Notes under the pieces: model-generated
What the model saw: the letters and a program-made list of their open reading frames with translations, nothing else
Told to the model about the DNA's origin: nothing
Database searches by the model: none
Shown here: positions 10,259 through 19,973 of the stretch, one piece after another
How positions within the stretch are numbered: position 1 is the stretch's first letter
How the letters are laid out: each line of letters starts with the position of its first letter
Assembly: GCA_027491435.1 (NCBI GenBank)
Contig: JAOZFG010000017.1
Span: 44,466 to 108,465 of the forward strand
Reading direction: 5' to 3'
Source of the DNA: Thermoproteota archaeon
GTDB lineage: Archaea > Korarchaeota > Korarchaeia > Korarchaeales > Korarchaeaceae
Length of the DNA stretch: 64,000 bases
Made by a program: the position numbers and the translations under genes

Positions 10259-10259
10259 C

Positions 10260-11315
10260 ATGAGGGGGGTCTTAGTAGGTAAGTACGTGTACGTGGAGGA
10301 GAAGGTGGATAAGCTCTATAAGCAGGGGTTCGGAGAGCTATCTGGAGGTAAATTAGAGCTCCACGTAGCTGAAGCTACTTACTTAGCTCATACAGGCAGG
10401 TTGAAGGTGTATGAAGGCGACAGGGAGTTGGGTGTATCGGACCTCCTGTTGATGCTTGAGGGAGACCAGTTCGTCAAGTACGTGGCTTATTCAGATCTCC
10501 GTAGGAAGGGAAGGGTTGTCGTTTACGAGAGGGCCACTGAGTTCCTCAGGTTGTACCCAAAGGGGAGGAGGGTTGGAGATGCACCCGCCAAGGAGCTAGT
10601 CTTTCCTCTATCAGAGGACAGCCTAGTTAAGCATAAGCTCATACTTGACGTCGTGGAGAAGGTGGCTAGGTTGAGGAAGAGGCTTGTGCTGGCTGTGGTT
10701 GATGATGAGATGAACGTCACCTACTACACGGCTGAGAACTTCATGCCGGAGAAGAGGGAGCCTAGCTGGAGAGTCCCGGAAGGCGAGTTTCGAGGTTACC
10801 TTGTGGGAGATAGAGTCTTAGTGGTGGATGGCGGGTCTCTATACAAAGAGGGCTTCTGGGGCCATCCCCTGGGAGTTGAAAAGCCAAGGCCCGGGGAGTT
10901 GTATGATGCTCCTTTGCAGCTCACCCTGATAGAGGCTATTTACCTCATCAGGAAGGGGGCTTTGACTGTTTACTCCGGAAAAAAGGTTATGACCGCTGAG
11001 GAACTCGGTAAACTGCATGAGAAGATAAGGGAGAGGGGCAAGGTTAAGGAGAGGGTCTTCGCCTACTGGAGGGACTTGGGTTACGTACCAAAGGCAGGAT
11101 CTAAGTTCGGGGCGGACTTCTTAGTTTACGAGAAGGGACCCGGGCTAGAACACGCCCCTTACCTGTGCATCTCTGGGGGTGTAGAAGAGGAAGTCAGGCC
11201 AGTGGACCTAATAAGGGCGGGAAGGCTAGCCACGTCCGTCAGGAAGGACTTGGTAGTGTCTTTGATTTCAGGTAACAGGGTCATCAGTTACAGGATTAAG
11301 TGGTTCAAACCCTGA
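10260..11315 (+). CDS. endA: tRNA-intron (BHB) endonuclease, two-unit type
   Basis: Two repeats; catalytic C-terminal unit KAGSKFGADFLVYEKGPGLEHAPY, RLATSVRK, YRIKWFKP; likely start ATG 10260. Confidence 0.93.
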   Translation: MRGVLVGKYVYVEEKVDKLYKQGFGELSGGKLELHVAEATYLAHTGRLKVYEGDRELGVSDLLLMLEGDQFVKYVAYSDLRRKGRVVVYERATEFLRLYPKGRRVGDAPAKELVFPLSEDSLVKHKLILDVVEKVARLRKRLVLAVVDDEMNVTYYTAENFMPEKREPSWRVPEGEFRGYLVGDRVLVVDGGSLYKEGFWGHPLGVEKPRPGELYDAPLQLTLIEAIYLIRKGALTVYSGKKVMTAEELGKLHEKIRERGKVKERVFAYWRDLGYVPKAGSKFGADFLVYEKGPGLEHAPYLCISGGVEEEVRPVDLIRAGRLATSVRKDLVVSLISGNRVISYRIKWFKP

Positions 11316-11732
11316 TAGCGTCTTCTGCTTCCCTATTGCTATGGAGGCGAAAGTCCTCGCATCTATCCCCTTACTTTTCGCCGTTTCGAGGTCGACTATA
11401 GCGCCAGCATTAGTTATTCTAGCATCTTCCAGTTTTACCATGAAGAACTTACCCCTCTCCTTAGAGAACTTGATAGCTATCCAGCTCTCAGCTCCCATCA
11501 TGGCTGATAACTTCTGTAGGGAGTCAACCTCTTCCTTCCTTATGTAAACGTAATCCTTAGAGGTCGTCTTAACCTCTATCACGAATATCCTGCCGTCAAC
11601 GGCTGCTATCAGGTCTGTTGATGGGTGGCTTGTGGAACCGCTTCCCGCCACCCTTAGGGTGGCCAGCCCGCCCCTCCAGAAGAGGTCCATTAGCTCCCTT
11701 TCGGCCCTTATGCCTTTGGCCTTCCTCCTCAT
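11268..11732 (-). CDS. hjc: Holliday junction resolvase Hjc
   Basis: KG.RAERELM..F...G.A.LRVAGSG...TDLIA...IEVKTT. Confidence 0.93.
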   Translation of the reverse strand: MRRKAKGIRAERELMDLFWRGGLATLRVAGSGSTSHPSTDLIAAVDGRIFVIEVKTTSKDYVYIRKEEVDSLQKLSAMMGAESWIAIKFSKERGKFFMVKLEDARITNAGAIVDLETAKSKGIDARTFASIAIGKQKTLSGFEPLNPVTDDPVT

Positions 11733-11733
11733 T

Positions 11734-12633
11734 TCATTCGCCCGTCAAGCGAATGGCGCCTTCCGAGGTCACTAGTACAGTGTCCTCGTATTGAGCCACC
11801 ACTTTACCGGAGTGTTCCACCAGGGGAGGGTAAGCTATAAGAGCCCCCCTCCTTACTAGCCTGAGCAGGGCGTAATTAACCCTGTGTCCTAGCTCACTCA
11901 CCAGCCACCTTTCACAAAACGGAAGCTTTGAGAACTTGTTTATTGCTAGCTTTTGAATCTTCCTTTCAATCTCATCCCTAGTACCTACCTTCTTCCTGAT
12001 GGAGAAGATGTACGGCTCCCCTTGCTGTACCACCTCACCCCTAGCATTTGGAAGCGTTGCGAACGGCTCTATAGCAAAAACATCCCCTTCTTTAAACTTG
12101 TAGACTCCTCTGACAGGGACGTTAGGTATATCTACACCTGCATGAAGCTTGAAAGGCTCTATCTTGTGCCCTGACAGGTTTCTTATCGGCTTGAAGCCCG
12201 CTGATACTATGGTATCGTAGATAACCTCGCTGACATCCCTCACCCTAACCCCAGGCTTAATAACGCTTATCGCCTTATCCAAGGCATCCCTAACGACCTC
12301 GGATAGCTCAACTAAGTTGTCATCCAGAACAGCCGGCCTCGCCATGTCCACGATTAACCCTCCTGAGTGGGCCCCAGCGTCCAGCTTAATTATCCCGGGT
12401 ATTATTCTGAGGTCGTCTTCTGGAGGAGAGGTGTAGTGGGCGGCCGTCTCGTTAATTGACAGGTTCGTTGGAAAGGCTGGTTTGAATCCAGCCTCAACTA
12501 TCCTCCGTTCCACCTCTTCAACTATGGAGATTACTAGATCGCCCTCTTGTATTCTGGAGGCCACGTCTTTAACGATGTAACTTACCACTTCCCCCAGCTT
12601 AAGGTAATTATTCAGGGCGTCTTCATCTAACAT
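11734..12633 (-). CDS. map: Methionine aminopeptidase type II
   Basis: PAFPTNLSINETAAHYT, KLDAGAH..G..VDMA, NLSGH, FAIEPFAT, VAQYEDT. Confidence 0.96.
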   Translation of the reverse strand: MLDEDALNNYLKLGEVVSYIVKDVASRIQEGDLVISIVEEVERRIVEAGFKPAFPTNLSINETAAHYTSPPEDDLRIIPGIIKLDAGAHSGGLIVDMARPAVLDDNLVELSEVVRDALDKAISVIKPGVRVRDVSEVIYDTIVSAGFKPIRNLSGHKIEPFKLHAGVDIPNVPVRGVYKFKEGDVFAIEPFATLPNARGEVVQQGEPYIFSIRKKVGTRDEIERKIQKLAINKFSKLPFCERWLVSELGHRVNYALLRLVRRGALIAYPPLVEHSGKVVAQYEDTVLVTSEGAIRLTGE

Positions 12634-12680
12634 ACGGTGTGTGAATCCTGGTGGAATTTAAAGAGGTTGTGGGGAGCGAA

Positions 12681-13301
12681 ATGCTGTGGGTAAAGGTACA
12701 TGAACGCTGTGAAAGATGTTACGAATTGGCTATCAACGTTTTAGAGAAAGGAGGTCTCATAATATATCCCACTGACACGGCTTACGGTTTAGGAGCCGAT
12801 ATAAGACAGGAGGACGCCGTGCTTAAGGTTTATAGGGTGAAGAGGCGCCCTTTAAGTAAACCCCTGACCATAGCTTTGGCCAGCGTTGAAATGATACCTG
12901 AGTACGCGGAGGTGGATGAGAGGCTCCTCAAGTTCATTTCCAGATTTCTCCCTGGCAGGGTCACTTTCATATTGAGGAAGAAGGGCTCTGTTCCTGACCT
13001 AGTTAACCCCAAGGCAATAGGGATCAGGGTTCCAGACAATGAAGTGGCGCTAGAGCTTATAAGGAGGTTTGGAAGAGCCATCACAGCTACTAGCGCTAAC
13101 TTGAGTGGAAGGCCCCCTAAGTATAGGGTCAGCGACGTGGTGAAGGAGATAAGGGTAGATCTAGCCCTAGATATTGGTGATCTAGGGAGGACGGAGCCCT
13201 CCACCATAGTCGAGCTTATTACTGGGAAGCCCAAGTTAATCAGAGAGGGGCCTGTGCCCTTTCAGGAGATAGTGAGGGCCTACAGGGAGGAGTTCTCTTG
13301 A
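12681..13301 (+). CDS. sua5: Threonylcarbamoyl-AMP synthase (YrdC/TsaC single-domain type)
   Basis: YPTDTAYGLG, K.RP..KPL, GIRVPD, TATSANLSG; directly upstream of kae1. Confidence 0.94.
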   Translation: MLWVKVHERCERCYELAINVLEKGGLIIYPTDTAYGLGADIRQEDAVLKVYRVKRRPLSKPLTIALASVEMIPEYAEVDERLLKFISRFLPGRVTFILRKKGSVPDLVNPKAIGIRVPDNEVALELIRRFGRAITATSANLSGRPPKYRVSDVVKEIRVDLALDIGDLGRTEPSTIVELITGKPKLIREGPVPFQEIVRAYREEFS

Positions 13302-14275
13302 TAGCCCTGGGCATTGAGTCTACCGCTCACACTTTCGGGGTTGGAATAGTGGATGAGGAGGGTAACATCCTAGCCAACGTTTACGACACTTACAGATCTG
13401 AGACTGGGGGGATGAGGCCCTTCGACGTAGCTGAACACCACTCCAAAGTCGCCGTTGAGGTGATAAGAGAAGCCTTGAGAGAGGCTGGAGTTACTTTGGA
13501 CGAAATAAGCGTTATAGGGTTCTCTAGAGGCCCGGGAATAGGACAACCACTTCAAATAGGGGCTGTAGTAGCTAGATCTCTTGCTATAACAGCTAAAAAG
13601 CCGTTAGTAGGCGTTAATCATCCCCTCGCCCACGTTGAGATAGGAAGGAAGGTAGCCAAGAGCTACGATCCAGTTGCTCTGTACGTTTCAGGAGGAAATA
13701 CACAGGTTATAACCCACTCCGGAGATAGGTACGTAGTTTTAGGGGAGACTCTGGATATAGGGATAGGTAACGCTCAAGAGAAGCTCGGGAGGGAAGTAGG
13801 ACTCCCCTTTCCAGCGGGCCCTCACTTAGATAGGATAAGGGGGAGCTGGGTTCCCTTGCCTTATGTAGTCAAGGGTATGGACCTCTCTTTTAGCGGGCTG
13901 GTCACCGAGGCGGTGAGGAGGATAAAGAAAGGGGAAGGAGTAGAAGACGTGCTTTGGAGCTTTATGGAGGTGGCCTTCTCCATGTTAATAGAGGTAGCTG
14001 AGAGGGCCTTGGCCATGACTGATAAGAAGGAACTTTTGCTGGTAGGAGGAGTAGCGGCCTCTCCTAGACTTAAGGAGAAGGCAGAGATCATGTGCAGGGA
14101 GAGGGGAGCTACTCTGAAGACTGTACCTCCTAAACTAGCCAGGGACAACGGAGCTATGATAGCGTGGACCTCGATACTAGCTTATAAGGTATTCGGGGCT
14201 GATAGGCCGGAGCGCACCCACGTGCTCCCGGACTGGAGGATAGACGACATAAGGTGGCCTCTATTGGAGGTGTAG
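13298..14275 (+). CDS. kae1: KEOPS t6A transferase Kae1
   Basis: LGIESTAHTFGVG, GVNH..AHVE, LYVSGGNTQ, GETLDIGIGN, DNGAMIAW. Confidence 0.96.
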   Translation: MIALGIESTAHTFGVGIVDEEGNILANVYDTYRSETGGMRPFDVAEHHSKVAVEVIREALREAGVTLDEISVIGFSRGPGIGQPLQIGAVVARSLAITAKKPLVGVNHPLAHVEIGRKVAKSYDPVALYVSGGNTQVITHSGDRYVVLGETLDIGIGNAQEKLGREVGLPFPAGPHLDRIRGSWVPLPYVVKGMDLSFSGLVTEAVRRIKKGEGVEDVLWSFMEVAFSMLIEVAERALAMTDKKELLLVGGVAASPRLKEKAEIMCRERGATLKTVPPKLARDNGAMIAWTSILAYKVFGADRPERTHVLPDWRIDDIRWPLLEV

Positions 14276-14277
14276 AG

Positions 14278-14853
14278 ATGAGAAAGTTCAACATATGTCT
14301 ATCTGGACTTACTGGAAGCGGTAAGAGCACTTTAGCCAAGAGGTTGGCCCAGAAGTATAACCTAAGGAGGGTCTCCGGCGGGGACATATTGAAGCAATTG
14401 ATAGGAGGGAAAGAGAGCTTAAGAGACCCGGGCTGGTGGGAGAGAGATACAGGAAAGGCGGCCATGGAAGTTAGAAAGAGGGATCACACGATAGACTTGG
14501 AGGTAGACAGGAGGCTCTCCATGCTAGCTGAAGAGGGGGGATATGTGCTCGACTCGTGGACCATGGCCTACTTGCTCAAAGGCGATAAGTGTGTCAAAAT
14601 ATTCTTGAAGGCTGACATTGAGGTCAGAGCTAGGAGAGTATCTAGGAGAGATGGAATATCTTTTGAGGAAGCTCTGGAAAAAATAAGACAGAAAGATGAG
14701 GAAACCTACATGATATACAGGGAAATATACGGGTTCAGGTTAGGGGAAGATTTGACACCATTTCACCTGGTATTAGACACCTCTAAGCTGGGACAGGACG
14801 ATGTGTTTGAAATAGTTACTAAATTTGTGGACGCCTGGTTGAGGAGGGCGTAA
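14278..14853 (+). CDS. cmk: Cytidylate kinase, archaeal type
   Basis: SGLTGSGKSTLAK P-loop, SGGD, D.EVD, RARRV..RDG, LVLDTS. Confidence 0.85.
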   Translation: MRKFNICLSGLTGSGKSTLAKRLAQKYNLRRVSGGDILKQLIGGKESLRDPGWWERDTGKAAMEVRKRDHTIDLEVDRRLSMLAEEGGYVLDSWTMAYLLKGDKCVKIFLKADIEVRARRVSRRDGISFEEALEKIRQKDEETYMIYREIYGFRLGEDLTPFHLVLDTSKLGQDDVFEIVTKFVDAWLRRA

Positions 14854-14892
14854 TTTATTACCGGGAAAATTTCGATTAATAGTGAAGGGATC

Positions 14893-15765
14893 ATGACGTA
14901 CCAAGACTTGCTAGATGAGGTAGAGACCCTCTGTTCAAAGGAGGGAATCGTAGGCAGAAGGGAGGAAATAGCTAAGATCCTGCTGGCAGCTAAGGCGGGG
15001 AAGCACGTGTTGCTTGAGGGACCAGTAGGGGTTGGAAAGACGTTCCTAGCCAGGGCCGTCGCCAACTACTTGTCAAGGGATTTCATAAGGGTTGAGGGAG
15101 ACGAGAGAATAACCGAAAATAAGTTAATAGGTTACTGGGATCCGCCGATGGTCTTAAAAAAAGGATACGTTGAGGAGGCCTTCGTGCCCGGCCCCCTGAC
15201 CAGGGCTGCGCTATCCGGAGGGGTACTATTTATAAATGAACTTAACAGATTGCCCGAATCCGCACAAAATGCCTTACTTCCTGTAATGGACGAGGGGATA
15301 ATTTACGTGCCTCATCTAGGCTCCTTAAGGGCCAGAGATGGGTTCTTAATAATAGCGACTCAAAACCCTGAGGAGAGCGTTGGGGTTACCAGGCTCTCAG
15401 AGGCCTTGAGGGACAGGTTCATCTACATATCTCTAGGGTACCAACCAGCCGAGGAGGAGAAGGATATAGTCATGCAAAACGTGCCGATAAGCGAAGATGA
15501 GGCTTGGATAAGCGTTAAAATTGTGAGAAAAACTAGAGAGCACCCTAGGATAAAGAGAGGAGCTTCTGTGAGAGCTTCTATCGACATAGCTCATCTGGCC
15601 AGATCCCTCGAAGGGGACCCGGATAGATGGCTTAAGTCATCTCTGATGGTCCTTCCTCAGAGAATTGAGCTTAAGGAAGGGCAGAGGGTTAGGGTAGAGC
15701 AAGTTATAGAGGAGATAGTCAGGGAAGTCCTTGAGGGGGAAAGCAGGGAAGAATTTTTTCGATAA
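14893..15765 (+). CDS. MoxR-family AAA+ ATPase
   Basis: HVLLEGPVGVGKT, LFINELNR, IATQNP, LSEALRDRF, ASVRASI. Confidence 0.92.
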   Translation: MTYQDLLDEVETLCSKEGIVGRREEIAKILLAAKAGKHVLLEGPVGVGKTFLARAVANYLSRDFIRVEGDERITENKLIGYWDPPMVLKKGYVEEAFVPGPLTRAALSGGVLFINELNRLPESAQNALLPVMDEGIIYVPHLGSLRARDGFLIIATQNPEESVGVTRLSEALRDRFIYISLGYQPAEEEKDIVMQNVPISEDEAWISVKIVRKTREHPRIKRGASVRASIDIAHLARSLEGDPDRWLKSSLMVLPQRIELKEGQRVRVEQVIEEIVREVLEGESREEFFR

Positions 15766-16765
15766 ATGGGAAGATATCCAGGCGCCTGACTTAATCCCCG
15801 CACTTTTTTGGAAGGATCTTGAGAAAATGGATTACGAGAAGCTTAAAAAGGTGGTCATCAGGGCGCTAAGCCTCTCTAACACTAAGCTGTTGGTCAAGAT
15901 AGCGGAGATAAATCATGTGGTGGTGGCTAGGGCCCTCTCAGAGAGCCTGCATGAGAACTTGCTTGACTCCATCGTAGAGAGGGATCCAGAGTCCTCAATC
16001 AGGCTGTATAGGTTAGTCAGGTGGAAGTTAAATGAGAGAGCCAGGGCATTGTTCAGGAGCTTGCTAAGTAAGGTCATATTAAGGCGCTCGAGGGTATCGA
16101 TGAACCTCTTTGAGGGCAATGGGAGGGGCAGATACTACGGCAGGTATGAAGCAGGGGACGACTTCGAGGTCGAGCTCACCATAGAGAGGTTGATCTCCTC
16201 GGGAAAGCCGATAGATCACGTGAGCTACGATGACGTGGTGGCCATAAAAAGGGGGAAGAGGAGGGGCGGGCTAGTGATAATATTGGATGCCAGCGGCTCC
16301 ATGTCAGGCAGCAAGATCCTTAGGGCTGCGACGACTGCCGCAATAGCCTCGCACTTTGTAGATAAGAGGGAGTTATCTGTGATAGGGTTCAACAATAAGG
16401 CATTTTTCATAAAGTCCATTAATGATAAGAAGAGCATCAAGAAGGTTGTGGAGGAGATACTGGATATAGTTCCCCTGGGCTATACCAACATGTACGACGC
16501 CCTCAGGCTGGCGTTAGAGGAGGGTAGGAGGATGAAAAACCCATCTTACATACTGTTAACTGATGGAGAGTACAACGTCGGCGGGGATCCCTATGCTCTG
16601 GCTGAGAAGATTAGGCTTAACGTCATCTATTTATCGGATAACAGGAAGAGGGGCAGCAAGACATGTAAAGAATTAGCTGAAGCCGGCGGCGGCAGGTATT
16701 ACGAGGTGAGAGATGTGAGGAGGATTCCTCACATACTGACGGAACTTCTATCGTATGAATATTGA
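15731..16765 (+). CDS. vWA-domain protein, partner of MoxR ATPase
   Basis: MIDAS DASGSMSG, GYTNMYDAL, LLTDGEYNVG. Confidence 0.9.
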   Translation: MRGKAGKNFFDKWEDIQAPDLIPALFWKDLEKMDYEKLKKVVIRALSLSNTKLLVKIAEINHVVVARALSESLHENLLDSIVERDPESSIRLYRLVRWKLNERARALFRSLLSKVILRRSRVSMNLFEGNGRGRYYGRYEAGDDFEVELTIERLISSGKPIDHVSYDDVVAIKRGKRRGGLVIILDASGSMSGSKILRAATTAAIASHFVDKRELSVIGFNNKAFFIKSINDKKSIKKVVEEILDIVPLGYTNMYDALRLALEEGRRMKNPSYILLTDGEYNVGGDPYALAEKIRLNVIYLSDNRKRGSKTCKELAEAGGGRYYEVRDVRRIPHILTELLSYEY

Positions 16766-16829
16766 GGAAGGCGTCGACACGTGGCCTCTTATAAAAGTTT
16801 ATATGGACGAAACCATCACAGACACAAGG

Positions 16830-16919
16830 GCGGGGGTGGCCGAGATAGGCCTAAGGCGCCAGCCTTAGGAGCTGGTGGGCGTAAGGCCCGCGAGGGTTCA
16901 AATCCCTCCCCCCGCACCA
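16830..16919 (+). tRNA. tRNA-Leu(TAG)
   Basis: GCGGGGG acceptor, CCAGC-CT TAG GA-GCTGG, long variable arm, GTTCAAATC, CCA encoded. Confidence 0.97.
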
Positions 16920-16965
16920 AAAACTGGTTGTCTAATTTTCTCTGGATGTTTTAAGAAAATCTGGA

Positions 16966-17042
16966 TGGTGCGGCCGCCGGGATTTGAACCCGGGTCGCCG
17001 GCTTGGGGGGCCGGCATCCTGTCCAGGCTAGACCACGGCCGC
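16966..17042 (-). tRNA. tRNA-Gly(CCC), with C at position 33
   Basis: GCGGCCG...CCGGC-CCCCCAA-GCCGG...GGTTCAAATCCCGGCGGCCGCACCA. Confidence 0.93.
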
Positions 17043-17047
17043 TAAGG

Positions 17048-17125
17048 TGGCGGGCCCGGGGGGACTCGAACCCCCGACCTGCGGCTTAGGAGGCCGCCGC
17101 TCTATCCTTGCTGAGCTACGGGCCC
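17048..17125 (-). tRNA. tRNA-Arg(CCT)
   Basis: GGGCCCG...GCGGC-CT CCT AA-GCCGC...GCCA. Confidence 0.97.
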
Positions 17126-17340
17126 AGTAAGATAGGTAGACCAGGGATTTTAAAAGTTTAGGGTCTGCATATCAGTAACACATATAAAGTAAATAGGAGT
17201 TATACGGGTAAATTATTCACTTGACATTTCTATAGTTCTAATTAACACGAGTTAAGGCTTTATTTGGTTTTATTCCTTTGGTCAGAATGTAAGAAGGGGT
17301 CCAGAACGCTTATATCCTTCGTTGGGGTAATATACATGCG

Positions 17341-17412
17341 GCCGGGTTGGCCGAGTGGTTTAGGCAGCGGGCTGCAGACCCGTGGACGGGGGTTCGAATC
17401 CCCCACCCGGCT
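17341..17412 (+). tRNA. tRNA-Cys(GCA)
   Basis: GCCGGGT...GCGGG-CT GCA GA-CCCGT..., U73 discriminator, CCA not encoded. Confidence 0.96.
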
Positions 17413-18639
17413 CTACTTTAGCCTAAACCTCCCCTTTATAACCCCTGCCCTTCTTCTCTCATCTTCTGTGGCGTAAAAAGCCCTCTCTAACAGGAGCTCT
17501 TCGATGGGATCGGGTTCGACGCCCCTTCTAGGGCACATCCTCCTATAAGTCCTTATGACTGAGTCTATCTCCAGCTCGTACATGCCGACCCCTAGGGTCT
17601 TAGCGTATATGGTAAAGGGAGGTACGTCCTCAAAGGCAGTTCCGTGTAGGTGGGCTGCGATCCCCAAGGATACTCCGGCATAAGTCTTGGAGCCTATCGA
17701 TAGCTTAGAGTGATCGCCTATGAAGGCCCCTACTTTGTTAAGGCCTGTGTCCGTCCCTCTGACCTTTACGTTGCCGTACGTGTTTTTCAAGTTGGAGGTT
17801 ATCATGCCGGCCCCTATGTTGACCCACCTCCCAACGTAGCTGTGACCTAAGAAGCCGAAGTGATACTTGTTTGAGTACTCCATTATTATGGACGTGGATA
17901 TCTCGCCGCCCGCTCTAACAGCCCTTCCTATATATGATCCTCCTATCCTAGCTCCAGACACTATTAAAGCTCCTTCCTCTATGTAAAGAGGACCTTTCAG
18001 GTAAGAGAAGGGCTCTATGGTTACCTTAGGACCGATGTAGACAGGACCTTCCCTAGCATCCACTACGGAAGGCCCGATCACCTGAATGTCCTCTGATATA
18101 CAAGCGTTGCCCCTGTCCCCAACTATTTGGAGGCCAACGTCCTTCCAATCGCACTTAGGTATGTCCCGCCTAAGCTCCTTTATTAGGGATAGGGGGGAGA
18201 GATCCCACAAGTTTTCCACTAAGGGCAATCCCTCTACCCTCTCGACCTGTAACTTAGAAGCCCATTGCCCGCTCATCACAGCTTCAAGCTCTTTAGGTGA
18301 GACTAAAGCGGCGATAAGGGTTTTTCCCTGGACCAGGGCCTTGCCTAAGGGGAGGCTTTTTATACGCTTGTACAAGTTGGGTTCGGGTATCACCCTGGCG
18401 TTTATTAGCAGCAGGGGTTCATCATCTGTGGGGCGTCTGTCCTCGCTCACCCTCTCCTTGACCTCCTCTCTAACCAACCAGAAAGTCTTTTCGCCCAGTG
18501 CCTCCTCATGTTTCGAGAAAATCCTCTTGGAGCCGTAAACGAGTAATTGAACTGGCAATAACGTTGTTAGAGGTCTCAACCTCAGGGAAGCTTCGTCCTC
18601 GAAGAGAGTAGGTTGGACCATCTCTCCTCCTTGACCCAT
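17413..18639 (-). CDS. GlmU-like sugar nucleotidyltransferase/hexapeptide acetyltransferase
   Basis: LRPLT..P, hexapeptide repeats, NKYHFGFLGHSYVG.WVNIGAG..TSNLKNTYG. Confidence 0.85.
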   Translation of the reverse strand: MGQGGEMVQPTLFEDEASLRLRPLTTLLPVQLLVYGSKRIFSKHEEALGEKTFWLVREEVKERVSEDRRPTDDEPLLLINARVIPEPNLYKRIKSLPLGKALVQGKTLIAALVSPKELEAVMSGQWASKLQVERVEGLPLVENLWDLSPLSLIKELRRDIPKCDWKDVGLQIVGDRGNACISEDIQVIGPSVVDAREGPVYIGPKVTIEPFSYLKGPLYIEEGALIVSGARIGGSYIGRAVRAGGEISTSIIMEYSNKYHFGFLGHSYVGRWVNIGAGMITSNLKNTYGNVKVRGTDTGLNKVGAFIGDHSKLSIGSKTYAGVSLGIAAHLHGTAFEDVPPFTIYAKTLGVGMYELEIDSVIRTYRRMCPRRGVEPDPIEELLLERAFYATEDERRRAGVIKGRFRLK

Positions 18640-18693
18640 AACGTCGACACTTTATAAGCCGGCCTAGCCCACTATTTCGAAAGGGGTGAAAAA

Positions 18694-19935
18694 TTGTCAA
18701 CTACGTACGAGCTCTATGAGTTCAGGAAGTTAATTAAGGAGCTTAAAAATAAGAGGGGTAGGGGTACTGAATTAATATCGTTGTACATACCACCCGGAAG
18801 AAATGTTTATGATGTTATCAAGTACCTGAGGAACGAGTACGACCAAGCGAGCAACATAAAAGATAAGCTCACCAGGAAGAATGTACAGAGCGCCATAGAA
18901 AGCATAATACAAAGGTTGAAACTCTACAAGAAGATCCCAGAGAATGGACTAGTGATATTCTGTGGTGCCATACCTAGGGGAAAGGATAGGGGGACTGAGA
19001 AGCTGGAGATATACGTAATAGAACCCCCTGAGCCGGTAAGGTCCTTCACTTACCTGTGCAGTCATGAGTTTCACTTGGAGCCCCTAGAGGAGATGGCTAA
19101 GGAAAAGAAAGCTTATGGGCTGATAGTCATGGACAGAGGAGGGGCTGTGCTAGCCATACTCAGAGGAGCTAACTACAGGATTGTGGACGAGGTAACTTCT
19201 GACATCCCACCAAAGCACAGCGCTGGAGGGCAATCTCAGAGGAGGTTCGAGAGGATAAGGGAGGAGAGGGTTCATGACTTCTTTAAGAGAGTTGGCATGA
19301 GGGCCAATCAAGCCTTCCTACCCTTGGGAGATGACTTAGAAGGCATCATAATAGGCGGGCCAGGGGACGCCAGGGAAAAGTTCGAGGAGGGTAACTTCTT
19401 GGATTACAGGCTTCAAAAGAAGATAATAGCCAACTTACCGCTATCATACACTGAGGAGCAAGGGGTTAGAGAGCTCATCATGAAAGCTGAGGACGTTCTC
19501 TCAGAGTCAGCCCTTTATAAGGAGAAGAGGGCTGTCGACGAGATATTCACTTTAATAGCTAAAGGGTCTAACAGAGTCGTGTATGGGCTTAGAGAGGTGG
19601 AAGAGGCACTTCTAGCTGGGGCTGTCGAGAAATTACTCTTATTGGAGGATTTACAGGTAAAGAGAGTCACTATAAGGTGTACTCAGTGCAAGTACGAGGA
19701 GAGCAAGTTCGTGAGGCCAGAGAAGGGGCTGAAGTTGGAGTCCTGGGAGTGTCCTAGGTGTGGTTCAACTACTGCCGAGGTGGAGGAGCAGGATATAATA
19801 GAATATTTTGGCGAGTTAGGGAAGCAGACAGGCGCTGAGGTCATTATAATATCTGCGAATACCGAGTGGGGCAATCAGCTGAAGGCCATAGGAGGTATAG
19901 CCGCCGTGCTGAGGTACGAACTGCACGGCTACTGA
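18694..19935 (+). CDS. prf1: Peptide chain release factor aRF1
   Basis: GRGTELISLYIPP, SNIKD, YLC, GGQSQRRF, C4 Zn minidomain, GGIAAVLRY. Confidence 0.97.
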   Translation: MSTTYELYEFRKLIKELKNKRGRGTELISLYIPPGRNVYDVIKYLRNEYDQASNIKDKLTRKNVQSAIESIIQRLKLYKKIPENGLVIFCGAIPRGKDRGTEKLEIYVIEPPEPVRSFTYLCSHEFHLEPLEEMAKEKKAYGLIVMDRGGAVLAILRGANYRIVDEVTSDIPPKHSAGGQSQRRFERIREERVHDFFKRVGMRANQAFLPLGDDLEGIIIGGPGDAREKFEEGNFLDYRLQKKIIANLPLSYTEEQGVRELIMKAEDVLSESALYKEKRAVDEIFTLIAKGSNRVVYGLREVEEALLAGAVEKLLLLEDLQVKRVTIRCTQCKYEESKFVRPEKGLKLESWECPRCGSTTAEVEEQDIIEYFGELGKQTGAEVIIISANTEWGNQLKAIGGIAAVLRYELHGY

Positions 19936-19973
19936 GAGGAAACTTTTATTATGGCATGGCCCAACTATAAACT

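Noticed and set aside
14893-16765. MoxR-vWA pair as a defence or novel system
   Set aside because: A common chaperone pairing with no accessory effector genes nearby.
17264-17476. ORFs overlapping tRNA or rRNA-leader loci (also 19965-20168, 27762-27989, 48961-49188, 63444-63641)
   Set aside because: Explained by GC-rich RNA genes.
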